Positions 1-9,933 of a stretch of DNA of 64,000 bases are shown here, piece after piece. The stretch is from positions 32,001 through 96,000 of the IMG/VR virus record IMGVR_UViG_3300021387_001464; one strand, written 5' to 3'. How positions within the stretch are numbered: position 1 is the stretch's first letter; every line of letters begins with the position of its first letter. The notes under the pieces were generated by a model. The model did not search any database. It was not told the origin of the DNA and saw only the letters and a program-made list of their open reading frames with translations. Source of the DNA: a virus (taxonomy: Duplodnaviria; Caudoviricetes). A program made the position numbers and the translations under genes.

Positions 1-32
1 GTCGGTGTAAGTAATCTTTTATAATAATTTAA

Positions 33-278
33 ATGATTGTAGAGAAAGTCGGAAGAGCCGAATGGCAGGAGATGAAAGTGGGCGATGTGCGCATCTATAC
101 ATTGCCAGACGAGCGGGCTAAGGAGTCGGCGCGAGTAGCTTCGCAGGCTGTGATGAAGTATGACCATTACGACCTGCGGCGGTTGTTTGAACAAGACTTG
201 CGTCAGCTGCTCGGCGATGATTACGAAACGGTGGTGCCGAATATTGACACAACCATTGCCTTTAAACGTGTCAAGTAG
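33..278 (+). CDS. Hypothetical protein
   Basis: 81-aa ORF with AT-rich leader, co-directional. Confidence 0.6.
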   Translation: MIVEKVGRAEWQEMKVGDVRIYTLPDERAKESARVASQAVMKYDHYDLRRLFEQDLRQLLGDDYETVVPNIDTTIAFKRVK

Positions 279-284
279 GGTAGT

Positions 285-596
285 ATGAACATCGAACTGA
301 AAGACCTATTGTCGCTGATGACGGATGCGGTGGATGCGGGAGTGCAGAAGTATGTGCGCTCGTGTGATCCAAGTGCGGACTATATCAAACAGGGCGAGGC
401 GAAGCGCTACTTGCAGAAGTTGGGCTTCAAGGCGGCGATGCTACAGCGGTGGGTGGACGGTGGTCTGCTGACACCAGTGAAGACGAGTGAGGCGCAGAAC
501 GCATCTGTGCTCTACTCGATGGCAGATATCAAGACGCTGATTAGTTCGATACGCCTAAAAACGATGACTAACAAGTCGGACCATGACTATATATAA
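285..596 (+). CDS. Excisionase-like/HTH DNA-binding protein
   Basis: EAKRYL...LQRWVDGGLL...VLYSMADI resembles the Xis/MerR-like winged HTH pattern. Confidence 0.55.
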   Translation: MNIELKDLLSLMTDAVDAGVQKYVRSCDPSADYIKQGEAKRYLQKLGFKAAMLQRWVDGGLLTPVKTSEAQNASVLYSMADIKTLISSIRLKTMTNKSDHDYI

Positions 597-602
597 AGGT
601 AT

Positions 603-746
603 ATGATAGAGCCCGACACCACCATACGCTTTTCGCCTGACGACGTACCCGACATACCGGAGGTGAAGAAACCGAAGAAACGGAAACGCAAGAGACGGGA
701 GGTTCCAGAGCCGACGGACTGGCGCCCATTCGGCTATGAGTGGTAA
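603..746 (+). CDS. Small basic hypothetical protein (47 aa)
   Basis: Read by hand: MIEPDTTIRFSPDDVPDIPEVKKPKKRKRKRREVPEPTDWRPFGYEW; fills the intergenic gap. Confidence 0.45.
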   Translation: MIEPDTTIRFSPDDVPDIPEVKKPKKRKRKRREVPEPTDWRPFGYEW

Positions 747-798
747 AAGGCTTTAAAAACTTAAAACGAACTTTTAAACTTGAACAAATATAGGCGAT

Positions 799-2691
799 AT
801 GCGAACCATTTTACTACCACACAATAAGACGGCCTACCAGAAGGTGATGCGGGCGTTCGAGACCGCAGACCGCACCTGCGTAGTTCATCCGACTGGCACG
901 GGCAAGTCGTACCTGATAGCTGCCGTCAGCGAGAGCTTCAAGCGGGTGCTGATACTCGGACCGAACACGTTTGTGCTCGACCAGGTGCATAGCGTGCTGA
1001 AGTGGCGCAAGCGGGGTGTGGAGTATATGACCTATCAGACGCTGAACCTGACAGAGAACCCGCACACGGACTACGACCTGATTTGTCTCGATGAGTTCCA
1101 CCGAGCCGGTGCGCAGGAATGGGGCGCTGCCGTTGACCGTTTGCTGGAGTTGAACACGGCGGCCAAGGTGTTCGGTACTACCGCCACGCATATCCGCTAC
1201 CTCGACAACGAGCGCAATATGGCCGACGAGCTTTTCCACGGCAATATTGCCTCGCATATCACCATTGCCGAGGCATGGAATCAGAACATCCTGCCTATCC
1301 CTCGCTATGTCAGTGGTCTGTTCCGCTGGGACAAGACCGTCAGCGAGGCACAGGAGCGCATTGAGCGCAGCCGCAGTCTGAGCGACAAGGAGAAGCGCGA
1401 GCGCATCTTCCGGCTAAGCAACGCGAAACTGCGCTGGGAGCTGTCGTATGGTATGCCGTCCATCCTGAAAAAGCACCTTGACCGCGACGCCCGACGTGTC
1501 ATCGTGTTCTGCGGCAACATCGAGAGTCTGGGTCAGATGCGCGACGAGGTGATGGGCTGGTTCCGCGAGGCAGGCTTTACGGTGGTCAGCACCTGTATTA
1601 TGCACAGCGACCTGACCGACCGCGAGCAGCGTGAGCAGATGGACCGCTTCGAGGATGATACCGACAGCAAGGGCGTGAAGCTGATGTTCTCGGTGAATAT
1701 GCTCAACGAGGGCATCCACGTGCCCAACGTCAATGCCGTGCTGATGCTGCGCACCACCAGCAGCCGTATCATCTACATGCAGCAGATGGGGCGCTGCCTG
1801 ACCGCCGCCAATACCGAGAAGCCGCTGGTGCTCGACATGGTGGACAACATCACCACCACGACGGCCATCAAGGGTCTGCTCGACGAGTTTGATGCGATAG
1901 AGATACCACAGGCCGAACGCGAGGAACGCGAACCCCGCAAGTTCGAGGTGAAGGATTATACATTGGGGGTAAAAGACTTGATAGAGAAGTTGGTTCCGTC
2001 AGATTACAAAGTAACCCCTTTTGTAGAACGAGTAGAGCAAGCAAAAGCATTCTGCGAAAGTCACATGCGAGTACCAGGAAGAAAAGATGACAAAACAGAA
2101 TACCTTAACTGGGTAGCCCTACTGAAAGACTATAAAGACACGGACGATGTGCAGTCGCTGATCAGTCAATACAGCCGATATTCCGGCTACGAGAAGCGTA
2201 TTAAAATGCTGACGGCTTTTTGCGAAAAGAACGGCAGGGTGCCATGTCTAAAGGACGACAAGGCGGAGCGTCGCAACTGGATTAACATTATGCGATTATA
2301 CAGGGATAAGCCAGAAGTTAAACGACTGACTGCCCAATACGGCAACAAACCATTATCTTATGAAGATTTGTTGGAACCGATTGTCGCATTCTGCAAGGAA
2401 TGCAACAGACTTCCACGTCGTAGCGATAACCGCAATATCTACAACAAATGGGTAATACTTGTCCGCAAATATAATGACCGACAGGAAATGAACGAACTGA
2501 AAGAGTGTTACAGTACAAGGGGCAATTTCAGCAGGCGTATAGGTATAGTGACTGACTTCTGTTTAAAGGAAGGACGCCTCCCGCTCGAACGTGACAATTC
2601 CGAAATATGGAACGCTTGGACTGCGCTAAGAAAGAGATATAAGGAACACCCTGATGTTAAGACATTAAAGCAAAAATATGGAAAGAAATAA
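799..2691 (+). CDS. SF2 DEAD/DEAH (ResIII-like) helicase with C-terminal helicase-associated repeats
   Basis: PTGTGKS, DEFH, TAT, LNEGIHVP, QQMGR motifs; ~55-aa FCE..R.P....W repeats at the C-terminus. Confidence 0.88.
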   Translation: MRTILLPHNKTAYQKVMRAFETADRTCVVHPTGTGKSYLIAAVSESFKRVLILGPNTFVLDQVHSVLKWRKRGVEYMTYQTLNLTENPHTDYDLICLDEFHRAGAQEWGAAVDRLLELNTAAKVFGTTATHIRYLDNERNMADELFHGNIASHITIAEAWNQNILPIPRYVSGLFRWDKTVSEAQERIERSRSLSDKEKRERIFRLSNAKLRWELSYGMPSILKKHLDRDARRVIVFCGNIESLGQMRDEVMGWFREAGFTVVSTCIMHSDLTDREQREQMDRFEDDTDSKGVKLMFSVNMLNEGIHVPNVNAVLMLRTTSSRIIYMQQMGRCLTAANTEKPLVLDMVDNITTTTAIKGLLDEFDAIEIPQAEREEREPRKFEVKDYTLGVKDLIEKLVPSDYKVTPFVERVEQAKAFCESHMRVPGRKDDKTEYLNWVALLKDYKDTDDVQSLISQYSRYSGYEKRIKMLTAFCEKNGRVPCLKDDKAERRNWINIMRLYRDKPEVKRLTAQYGNKPLSYEDLLEPIVAFCKECNRLPRRSDNRNIYNKWVILVRKYNDRQEMNELKECYSTRGNFSRRIGIVTDFCLKEGRLPLERDNSEIWNAWTALRKRYKEHPDVKTLKQKYGKK

Positions 2692-2772
2692 ATATTATAG
2701 ATTATGAGCAAGGCATTGAAGATACTATCCCGACCTCGCGGGAATGCCGAGGAATTTTAAATTTAAACAAAT

Positions 2773-3042
2773 ATGAAGAGATTTATAGAACTAACGGGCG
2801 AGGAAATAAACGCCCTTGGGAATGAGGGGTATCGACTGGCTGATACGAAGCCATCGACGGATGCTGGTGAGTTGCCGTTTGGTGTAAATACCGTCGTATT
2901 GACATTCAAGGCTGACGGTAAGAATAACCTGGAGTATTCCGCTGGTATGCCTGCTAACTACACGGATGTTATAACGGAGTGTATAGGCAAAGAACCCGTG
3001 GAGGTATTCGTGAAATTTTGGCAATTTAACAAAAAAAGATGA
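2773..3042 (+). CDS. Hypothetical protein
   Basis: 89-aa ORF overlapping the next start. Confidence 0.6.
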   Translation: MKRFIELTGEEINALGNEGYRLADTKPSTDAGELPFGVNTVVLTFKADGKNNLEYSAGMPANYTDVITECIGKEPVEVFVKFWQFNKKR

Positions 3043-3386
3043 TGACAAATATGAACGAAGAACGAAAAGTGTTGACGACGCTGAACAAGGCGATGGCAAC
3101 TTGCAATGGTGTGAACGACACGGTGGCGATGCTCTATGGGGCTAACGACTCGTCGGCTGCTGCATCGGCCTTTATAGGCGACGGTGATGTGCTGGCCAGT
3201 ACGCTGCTGTGTGTGCTGAACCATGTGGGCGAGCAGCGTGCCACTCCTGCGGAAATGGCAATAACCAGAGCGGTGTTGATGGCCGTGGCTGCTGCCGACA
3301 TGGAGAACAAGGGTGCCTTGCAGGAAGCTATCAACGGACATCGCGAGGATATTAAGTCGGGAAAGGTGGTGATAAAGAACCGCTGA
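3039..3386 (+). CDS. Hypothetical protein
   Basis: 115-aa ORF. Confidence 0.6.
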   Translation: MMTNMNEERKVLTTLNKAMATCNGVNDTVAMLYGANDSSAAASAFIGDGDVLASTLLCVLNHVGEQRATPAEMAITRAVLMAVAAADMENKGALQEAINGHREDIKSGKVVIKNR

Positions 3387-3415
3387 TTACACGAATTAAA
3401 CAAATCATTGGCGAT

Positions 3416-3880
3416 ATGCAAACAACAATAAATCCTACCCCCTCCAATCAGTATTTCCGAAAGGTCAAGACCGAGGGGACGTTCAAGAAGACGTTCAAAG
3501 TGCTGGGACTGTACTTCACCGTCAGCAACTGCTGCGTGAAGAAGCGTCACGCCTGCGGTTACAGCCTACAGAGATACGACAGAAAACTGATTTGGCAGGA
3601 CAAGCAACGTCTCTACAAAGAGCACGACGGTCGATGCCCACACTGCGGACGGAAGTTCGACTTCGACGTGATGGAACTGCACCACGTGCTGCCCATCGCC
3701 CGCTTTCAGGACTTAATCACCGACGACCGCAATATGATACTGCTCTGCCACAAGTGTCACAAGGAGGTGCATTGCAATCCGTTCCTGAACATCCGGCTGA
3801 TGCAGGCGAAGGCCGACGAACTGGGTATTGACTTACATGACAGATATGACTATGGAGAAAATTCAGAAAGGAGAGATTGA
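3416..3880 (+). CDS. HNH endonuclease
   Basis: CPHC...ELHH...N...LCHKCH. Confidence 0.85.
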   Translation: MQTTINPTPSNQYFRKVKTEGTFKKTFKVLGLYFTVSNCCVKKRHACGYSLQRYDRKLIWQDKQRLYKEHDGRCPHCGRKFDFDVMELHHVLPIARFQDLITDDRNMILLCHKCHKEVHCNPFLNIRLMQAKADELGIDLHDRYDYGENSERRD

Positions 3881-3883
3881 AGT

Positions 3884-4048
3884 ATGGTAGTAGAATTTCA
3901 CGACCCCTACGTCGGCACCGTCCGCATTGCGGAGCAGCACGTGCCCGACCTCTATCAGATGGCCTGCGACTACACCCGTCAGCGCGGCAATACGTTTCAC
4001 TTCCTGAAGCGGCAGATTGAAGAGCGATACCCCAAACTGAAAGAGTGA
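3884..4048 (+). CDS. Hypothetical protein (54 aa)
   Basis: Read by hand (MVVEFHDPYVG...); fits between the flanking genes. Confidence 0.55.
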   Translation: MVVEFHDPYVGTVRIAEQHVPDLYQMACDYTRQRGNTFHFLKRQIEERYPKLKE

Positions 4049-4049
4049 T

Positions 4050-4421
4050 ATGGAACTGCATCTGAAGATTAACGACGTGGTTGGCATGGATGACGAGAAA
4101 CGCCACATACTGCGAGTGGACGGCAAACAGCTGATAGCCGCACTCATGGAGCACGAGGGCTGGCTGGCGCAGAACGTGGTCAAGGACTGGCTCTTGAAGC
4201 ACAACACCCGACTGCTGAACGAAATCATCGACGACCCCACGCTGCGCAACAACATCTATATGGCCGAGAAAGCCAGGCGCGACGGCAAGGCCGAACGCAG
4301 GCAACGGCAGACCGAGGCAGAGATAGCCAAGCGCCGCCGACACGACCAGTTCATCGCATCACAGAACTATCGGAAGAGCGTAGATTACATTCACAACGTA
4401 TTAGGATGGAACAATGAATAG
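4050..4421 (+). CDS. Hypothetical protein
   Basis: 123-aa ORF, tightly packed. Confidence 0.65.
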   Translation: MELHLKINDVVGMDDEKRHILRVDGKQLIAALMEHEGWLAQNVVKDWLLKHNTRLLNEIIDDPTLRNNIYMAEKARRDGKAERRQRQTEAEIAKRRRHDQFIASQNYRKSVDYIHNVLGWNNE

Positions 4422-4782
4422 AAATCAAGCAACTCAGTTACAGCGCGACTGGCTGGAAGCCTGCGAACAGGTGGGCATACCCGCCATCACCACCGATACA
4501 TCGGCACGCATCATGGCCATCATGTACGTCCACGGAGGCGGCGAGGAGGAAATGGTGCTCAACCAGAAGTTCGTCAACGACGTGAAGTACATCCAGCGTC
4601 GCTTCCACATACAGGGCGGCGAGGTACCCGACGAGACCTTCGTGCTCACCACGCAACACTACGTCAAGCAGCTGGAGCAGCACATGGCAGAGTGCATGCG
4701 CAACAACGTCACCGACATACAGATTCCCGAATGGGCGCACAAGCTGATGCGCGACCGCTACGGCATGAAGCTGCACGGGTAG
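4414..4782 (+). CDS. Hypothetical protein
   Basis: 122-aa ORF overlapping the previous stop. Confidence 0.65.
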   Translation: MNRNQATQLQRDWLEACEQVGIPAITTDTSARIMAIMYVHGGGEEEMVLNQKFVNDVKYIQRRFHIQGGEVPDETFVLTTQHYVKQLEQHMAECMRNNVTDIQIPEWAHKLMRDRYGMKLHG

Positions 4783-5504
4783 AGAATGTGATGTATAACT
4801 ATATATAAAAGGTATAAATATTTGAGATATGATTACACTGAATTTGGACTGGCGCGAGGTGCTGTGGTGGATGCAGGGCGGCATGGCGGGGAGCCATCTG
4901 CGCTGGAACGTGTATGAGGATATGGTTAACAAGGTGTGGCCGCAGTGCTCAGAGCAGGAGCGAAGAAACCTGTGGCTCATCATGCGTCGCGACCTGGGCA
5001 GCTGGTGGCGACCCGACGGGTGGAGCGGCTTTGACCTCGCCAATGCGCATGGCGAGGGAGATTGGAAACCTCTGAAGGGCTACACCATCGACCGCGAGGA
5101 TGCCGACGGCAAGCCTATGGCGTACATCATCGACGAGACCCCGTGGATGTACTTCCGTCAGGTGCTGGCACGCTTCGACACCGAGAACCAGTATGCCGTG
5201 ACGATGCGTTATCCTGATTGCAACACTCTTGAGCGAATACTACGGACAACTCCGAAGGCGAGCGTCATCAGTACACCGAAACCATCAAAGATGCGCAGAT
5301 ATCCGATGCCGCTGCAGCCATTCATAATCCGCGCCTACAAGTGGCAAGACGAGTATCGTATAGACTGGGACCGCCGCTGCGACGAGAGCCAGATAACGAA
5401 GGTGGAGCGGCTGACCATTCCTGATGACGGAACGATGTGACCGCTACGGCATGAAGCTGCACGGGTAGAGAATGTAATGTATAACTATATATAAAAGGTA
5501 TAAA
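4753..5504 (+). repeat. 66-bp direct repeat pair (4753-4818 and 5439-5504) flanking one gene
   Basis: GACCGCTACGGCATGAAGCTGCACGGGTAGAGAATGTRATGTATAACTATATATAAAAGGTATAAA twice, 1 mismatch. Confidence 0.95.
4829..5440 (+). CDS. Hypothetical protein in a direct-repeat-flanked cassette
   Basis: 203-aa Trp-rich ORF. Confidence 0.7.
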   Translation: MITLNLDWREVLWWMQGGMAGSHLRWNVYEDMVNKVWPQCSEQERRNLWLIMRRDLGSWWRPDGWSGFDLANAHGEGDWKPLKGYTIDREDADGKPMAYIIDETPWMYFRQVLARFDTENQYAVTMRYPDCNTLERILRTTPKASVISTPKPSKMRRYPMPLQPFIIRAYKWQDEYRIDWDRRCDESQITKVERLTIPDDGTM

Positions 5505-5508
5505 GACT

Positions 5509-5714
5509 ATGGCGAATAAATTTCTCGGTAATGGACTGAGCCGCACGGCGATGGTGTTTAAGATTGCGACGCTGGCAGGGCATAAGCTAACGGTGCCAGA
5601 ACTGAACCGCATAAAGGATGTCAACCCCCGCACCCTGGAGCGCGTCTATGACTCCGTATTGGGGGGGTAAGTAAAGGCGATGCGCTGTTTGCGCTCAGAC
5701 TGGTATTGAAGTAA
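5509..5714 (+). pseudogene. Small gene truncated at a G7 tract; possibly phase variable
   Basis: G7 at 5661-5667 reads straight into TAA; G8 would extend it as LGGVSKGDALFALRLVLK* to 5714. Confidence 0.55.
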
Positions 5715-5735
5715 TATGAAATAATCAAAGGCGAT

Positions 5736-6254
5736 ATGATAAAGTTAGTTGCAAAGAAAGACTCCGAGTTGGAGCAGACAATAAAAGAGATGGCCGAGCA
5801 GATGGACAAGAACCTTGCAGACGGTATGCGTATTATAAAGGAGGCTACTGGTGTTGAACCTGAAAGCATCGGCTACAGATGGGCATGGGGTGATATTGCG
5901 ACATTCCTTCCGTCGCTGGTGCGGTTTAAGAAAGAAGACTGGGATAAGGTTGATGAAAAGGTGATGCGACGCGACAAGCGTGACGATAACTTTTTCAAGC
6001 CGCAGAAGCGTTATGTAGCTGGCAAACGTCTGTACGAGCGGTTTATCGAGGAGGTGAGTAATAAGTGTGTTACCGACGCACCGCTGAAGAAGCACGGCAT
6101 CCATACCATGTACGAAAGCCGCTCTGTATGGGTGCAGCCGTTCCATGACAAAGAGAAAGACTGCTACGTGTTGCTGGCAGGCGACTCGCTGCCACACGGC
6201 TTCACAGGTAAGGCTAAGAATGAGAAAGACCGCGAATTTACGATTGAATACTAA
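5736..6254 (+). CDS. Hypothetical protein
   Basis: 172-aa ORF. Confidence 0.7.
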   Translation: MIKLVAKKDSELEQTIKEMAEQMDKNLADGMRIIKEATGVEPESIGYRWAWGDIATFLPSLVRFKKEDWDKVDEKVMRRDKRDDNFFKPQKRYVAGKRLYERFIEEVSNKCVTDAPLKKHGIHTMYESRSVWVQPFHDKEKDCYVLLAGDSLPHGFTGKAKNEKDREFTIEY

Positions 6255-6268
6255 GGAGGATTGACGCA

Positions 6269-6508
6269 ATGATAGTTGACCGACAATTCCATAACATCAA
6301 GTGCGACGCTTGCGGGCGGCTGATTGACGACGAGACATGGTGGGACGACAAGGACGCGCTCACGACGCAGATACTCGACGAATGCAACTGGATAGAGTGC
6401 GAGGGACGGCACTACTGCGACGAGTGCTGGGAACACGACGATGACGACAATATCGTGACCCAGGACGGGCGCAAGTGGACGGACTACGACCATAAGGAAA
6501 TCAAATAA
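6269..6508 (+). CDS. Small Zn-finger protein (paralog of 13315-13599)
   Basis: CDAC...CDECW, DDDDNIV..DGRK. Confidence 0.7.
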   Translation: MIVDRQFHNIKCDACGRLIDDETWWDDKDALTTQILDECNWIECEGRHYCDECWEHDDDDNIVTQDGRKWTDYDHKEIK

Positions 6509-6518
6509 TAAGGCGACA

Positions 6519-7049
6519 ATGAAAGAACAAAAGAAAATCACCCTCGACAGATTGCAGCAGTGGATCGAGAACTGGGTACACAACTGCGAAATGAACCACA
6601 AAGACCCGTCGGAGGTCGAGTTTATAATCATGGACTCTACGGAGCGAAAGGAATACCGCCCATTCAGCGGCTTCCTCTCTTGGGGCAGCGGCGGCGCGAA
6701 GGTCGGCATCGAGTTCTTCCGTTCCGACGTCATCACATTCGACCCCAAGGACGAGCGGCCACCTGTCGGCGAGTATTGGAAGAGCCGTGGTGCATCCACC
6801 TTCGACGTGTCGGGCTTTATCGCGTCAAAGGCAGCGGGCTTGCGACTGCTGCGCATGGTGCGCTACATCCTCGACACCGACGAGCCGAAGACGTGGCTCG
6901 ACTATCGCGAGTATGAGCCGAACTGGATTCAGTTCAAGTTCTCGGCTGAAGAATTCGACGTGGAGAAACTCGATGCCTCCAGCCGTGCCAATGGTGGAGT
7001 TATCACCGAGCAGATACTGCGCGACTGCGTAAAAACAAAGGAGGACTGA
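6519..7049 (+). CDS. Hypothetical protein
   Basis: 176-aa ORF. Confidence 0.7.
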   Translation: MKEQKKITLDRLQQWIENWVHNCEMNHKDPSEVEFIIMDSTERKEYRPFSGFLSWGSGGAKVGIEFFRSDVITFDPKDERPPVGEYWKSRGASTFDVSGFIASKAAGLRLLRMVRYILDTDEPKTWLDYREYEPNWIQFKFSAEEFDVEKLDASSRANGGVITEQILRDCVKTKED

Positions 7050-7052
7050 ATT

Positions 7053-7562
7053 ATGGATAAACCAATTCTTGATGCCTGCTGTGGCGGAAAAATGTTTTAC
7101 TTCGACAAGAATGATCCGCGTGTATTGTTCCAGGATATTCGTTGCTTCGAGACGAAGTTGAAAGACAGGGGTAAACTCAGACCCTTTGCTATCAGTCCAG
7201 ACGTGCAGGCAGACTTCACGTCGATGCCCTATGCTGACAATACGTTTCGTATGGTAGTGTTTGATCCGCCACACTTAAAATATACGGGGTTAAAGAAAGA
7301 GGCCGAGAACTGGCAGATGGTAAAGTACGGATGGCCACCCGCTCACGGATGGCAGGATATCCTGCGCAAGGGGTTTGCTGAATGCTTTCGTGTGCTGTCG
7401 CCCGGAGGCTTCCTTATCTTCAAGTGGAATGAGACTGACATCAAAGTCTCAGAGGTACTGAAACTAACAGACGAGAAGCCCGTCTTCGGACACATCAGTG
7501 GTAAACGGGCCAATACGCATTGGATATGTTTTATGAAACCGGAAGAAAGTATTAACAAATAA
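7053..7562 (+). CDS. Phage SAM-dependent methyltransferase (amino-MTase-like)
   Basis: ILDACCGGKMF SAM-binding motif and VVFDPPH catalytic motif. Confidence 0.85.
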   Translation: MDKPILDACCGGKMFYFDKNDPRVLFQDIRCFETKLKDRGKLRPFAISPDVQADFTSMPYADNTFRMVVFDPPHLKYTGLKKEAENWQMVKYGWPPAHGWQDILRKGFAECFRVLSPGGFLIFKWNETDIKVSEVLKLTDEKPVFGHISGKRANTHWICFMKPEESINK

Positions 7563-7572
7563 AAGTACGATT

Positions 7573-8190
7573 ATGAGAAGTAAATCAGCACAATGGTTTG
7601 AGTGCAAAATCAAGTATGAGAAGGTGATGGAGGACGGGCTGCAGAAGCAGGTCGTGGAACAGTATGTAGTCGATGCCCTGTCGTTTGCAGAGGCAGAGCA
7701 GCGCATCATCGAGGAGATGTCGCAGTACATCAGCGGCGAGTTTGAAGTGACGGACGTGAAGAAGGCGGCCTACAAGGAGGTGTTCTTCGACGATGACAAT
7801 GCGGCGAGCGACCGCTGGTACAAGGCGAAGCTCCAGTTTATCACCTTCGACGAGAAGACGGAGAAGGAGAAGCGTACCAACGTGACGTACCTGGTGCAGG
7901 CTTGCTCGCTGCACAATGCGCTCGACAACATTGACACGGTGATGAAGGGTACGATGATTGACTATGTGCAGGCCAACGTCGGCGAGACGCAGCTGGTGGA
8001 CGTGTTTGAGTATACCGCCGAGGACAAGGCGGCTGAACTGATGGCTCGCATGGCGGAGGACGTGAAGGACGCATCGCTGAAGGTGGAGGACATTGTTGAC
8101 CGCTACGTGAAGACCGCCACACCAGAATTGCGCCAGCAGCTCATCGACAAGCTAACCGAGATACGCAAGGAGAAGTTTGGGATAGAGTAA
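7573..8190 (+). CDS. DUF4494-family protein, copy 1
   Basis: WFECKIKYEKVMEDGLQK...YVVDALSFAEAE...WYKAKL. Confidence 0.85.
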   Translation: MRSKSAQWFECKIKYEKVMEDGLQKQVVEQYVVDALSFAEAEQRIIEEMSQYISGEFEVTDVKKAAYKEVFFDDDNAASDRWYKAKLQFITFDEKTEKEKRTNVTYLVQACSLHNALDNIDTVMKGTMIDYVQANVGETQLVDVFEYTAEDKAAELMARMAEDVKDASLKVEDIVDRYVKTATPELRQQLIDKLTEIRKEKFGIE

Positions 8191-8227
8191 CGAACACGGA
8201 TTATACGGATTAAACGGATTAGGAACT

Positions 8228-8794
8228 ATGAAAGAAGAAATTTATCACATACTGATAAAACGAGAATGTGCGCACAAATGCCCATTATGTTGCAATCGTC
8301 TGTTTGATCTCGACAATTTGCCAACAATCACGGGCGACCAGCTGAAGACAGCACACACTGTATGTCTTACAGGTGGCGAGCCGTTTATGATGGATTCTTG
8401 GGACTTGATACACCTATGCCGAGGCATTCGCACGCAGTACCCGAACATTCAGAAACTATACATCTACAGCAGTGGCTATGGGTTTTGGAGTTTCAGCCTT
8501 GACCATTGGCTAAAACTCATTAACAGTATAGACGGACTGAACGTATCGCCAAAGAACGAATACGAGTGGCACACGCTGCAAGCGCTCCATAAGCAACGCT
8601 ATTGGGCTGAATACATGAGCAACCCAAAACTATCCAATCGTCTCTATGTATTTGATGACCAATGGCAGGAATGGGAAAAGATACGTGGCGAAGTACATCT
8701 GTCAGATAATTGGCAGGTCATCGGTCGGAAATGGGATGCTGAGTTCAAGACACCAGAAAACGAACATTTTGCCAGATTACCTATTCTCTTCTGA
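8228..8794 (+). CDS. Small radical SAM protein
   Basis: CAHKCPLC (CxxxCxxC) and TGGEP. Confidence 0.8.
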   Translation: MKEEIYHILIKRECAHKCPLCCNRLFDLDNLPTITGDQLKTAHTVCLTGGEPFMMDSWDLIHLCRGIRTQYPNIQKLYIYSSGYGFWSFSLDHWLKLINSIDGLNVSPKNEYEWHTLQALHKQRYWAEYMSNPKLSNRLYVFDDQWQEWEKIRGEVHLSDNWQVIGRKWDAEFKTPENEHFARLPILF

Positions 8795-8840
8795 ACCACG
8801 AATTGAACGGATTGAACGAATTAAACGAATTAAGAGCAAT

Positions 8841-9560
8841 ATGACAACAGAAGAATTGATTCAGGCTTTTCCTGAGTGCGAGAAAATCAAGCGCGAGGAT
8901 ATCGCGGAGTGTATCACCAAGGCCATGACGGAGGAACGGTTCTATGCCGAAGCCAGCGACAAAATTTACCACAAGGCGCATGAACTGTGGCCGTATCAGC
9001 GCGGGCTGAAGGACGATGACCCAGAGCGCGTGGCCTACGAAGCATATTTCTGGGGCAACACCTGGAAGGGCGTGGACGCACCTTTCAAGAAGTGGCAGGA
9101 AACCTTCGAGACGGAGTTCATCGCCCAGCACGGACAGGTGCGAACCTTCGACGAAGCCTGTCAGACGGCAGCCGACGAGTGGGCGAGGATGATTTTCGGC
9201 AACCACGTTCAGAACAACGGCGACCAGTCGGACGCAGGCGGACTGGCAATGGTACTCGGCACGCTGGCCAAGGACAAGGCAAGCAGCGGCTACGGCAAGG
9301 ATGTGACAGACATGTTCCGCTCGCTGATGGCTGACCATTACCGTGGCGGATGCCGTTGGAGGGATGAGAGCGGAACGGAATACCGTGATGAACCTGACGT
9401 TGACTACCACCCGTCGCCGTCACTTTTCGGATTGCTTATCAAGGCTGGGTGCAAAGAGGACGATGCGAACAATATGTGTCCCTGGAAGACGGGCATCACC
9501 ATCAACCAGCGCGACAACTCCGTCTGCGTCCGTGGCTATCAGACGGCAAGGTATATTTGA
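8841..9560 (+). CDS. Hypothetical protein
   Basis: Start reassigned to ATG 8841; the upstream in-frame stretch overlaps the previous gene and a 9-mer repeat. Confidence 0.7.
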   Translation: MTTEELIQAFPECEKIKREDIAECITKAMTEERFYAEASDKIYHKAHELWPYQRGLKDDDPERVAYEAYFWGNTWKGVDAPFKKWQETFETEFIAQHGQVRTFDEACQTAADEWARMIFGNHVQNNGDQSDAGGLAMVLGTLAKDKASSGYGKDVTDMFRSLMADHYRGGCRWRDESGTEYRDEPDVDYHPSPSLFGLLIKAGCKEDDANNMCPWKTGITINQRDNSVCVRGYQTARYI

Positions 9561-9579
9561 CACTTAGAAACAGGCGATT

Positions 9580-9879
9580 ATGAATGAGAAAGAAATCAAG
9601 CAAGTGTTCGACGACGTTCAGTAGCGGCTCGACACCCTGCAGGGCAGCGGTGCCTCGTTTATGTTCATCGGCAATCAGGGCAACCATTTTGTCATCAGCG
9701 GCAAGACCAACGAGATTTCGGCGCGGATTCTCTTTGCAGTGATGCGCTATCCCGTCATCCGGGAGATTATCAAGGAATGTGCCGAGAAGTACGACGGTAT
9801 GGAAGCGCAGTACGGCAACAGCGTCCGTGATGTGAAAATGGATCACCTGATAGAACAGAACTCTGGAAACGCGAACTAA
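9580..9879 (+). pseudogene. Hypothetical gene interrupted by an in-frame TAG
   Basis: ATG 9580 in good context, TAG at 9622-9624, same frame continues to 9879. Confidence 0.6.
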
Positions 9880-9933
9880 GGACTAACAAACCGCCGCAAG
9901 GCATAGTATAAATAACTTAAAAGGAATACGATT

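Noticed and set aside
2704-2760. 18-codon ORF MSKALKILSRPRGNAEEF
   Set aside because: Possibly a remnant gene start, but too short to support
9622-9624. TAG stop-codon reassignment (code 15)
   Set aside because: Long genes read through in code 11 and several end at TAG directly before the next gene or intergenic region (278, 4782, 48097, 55909)
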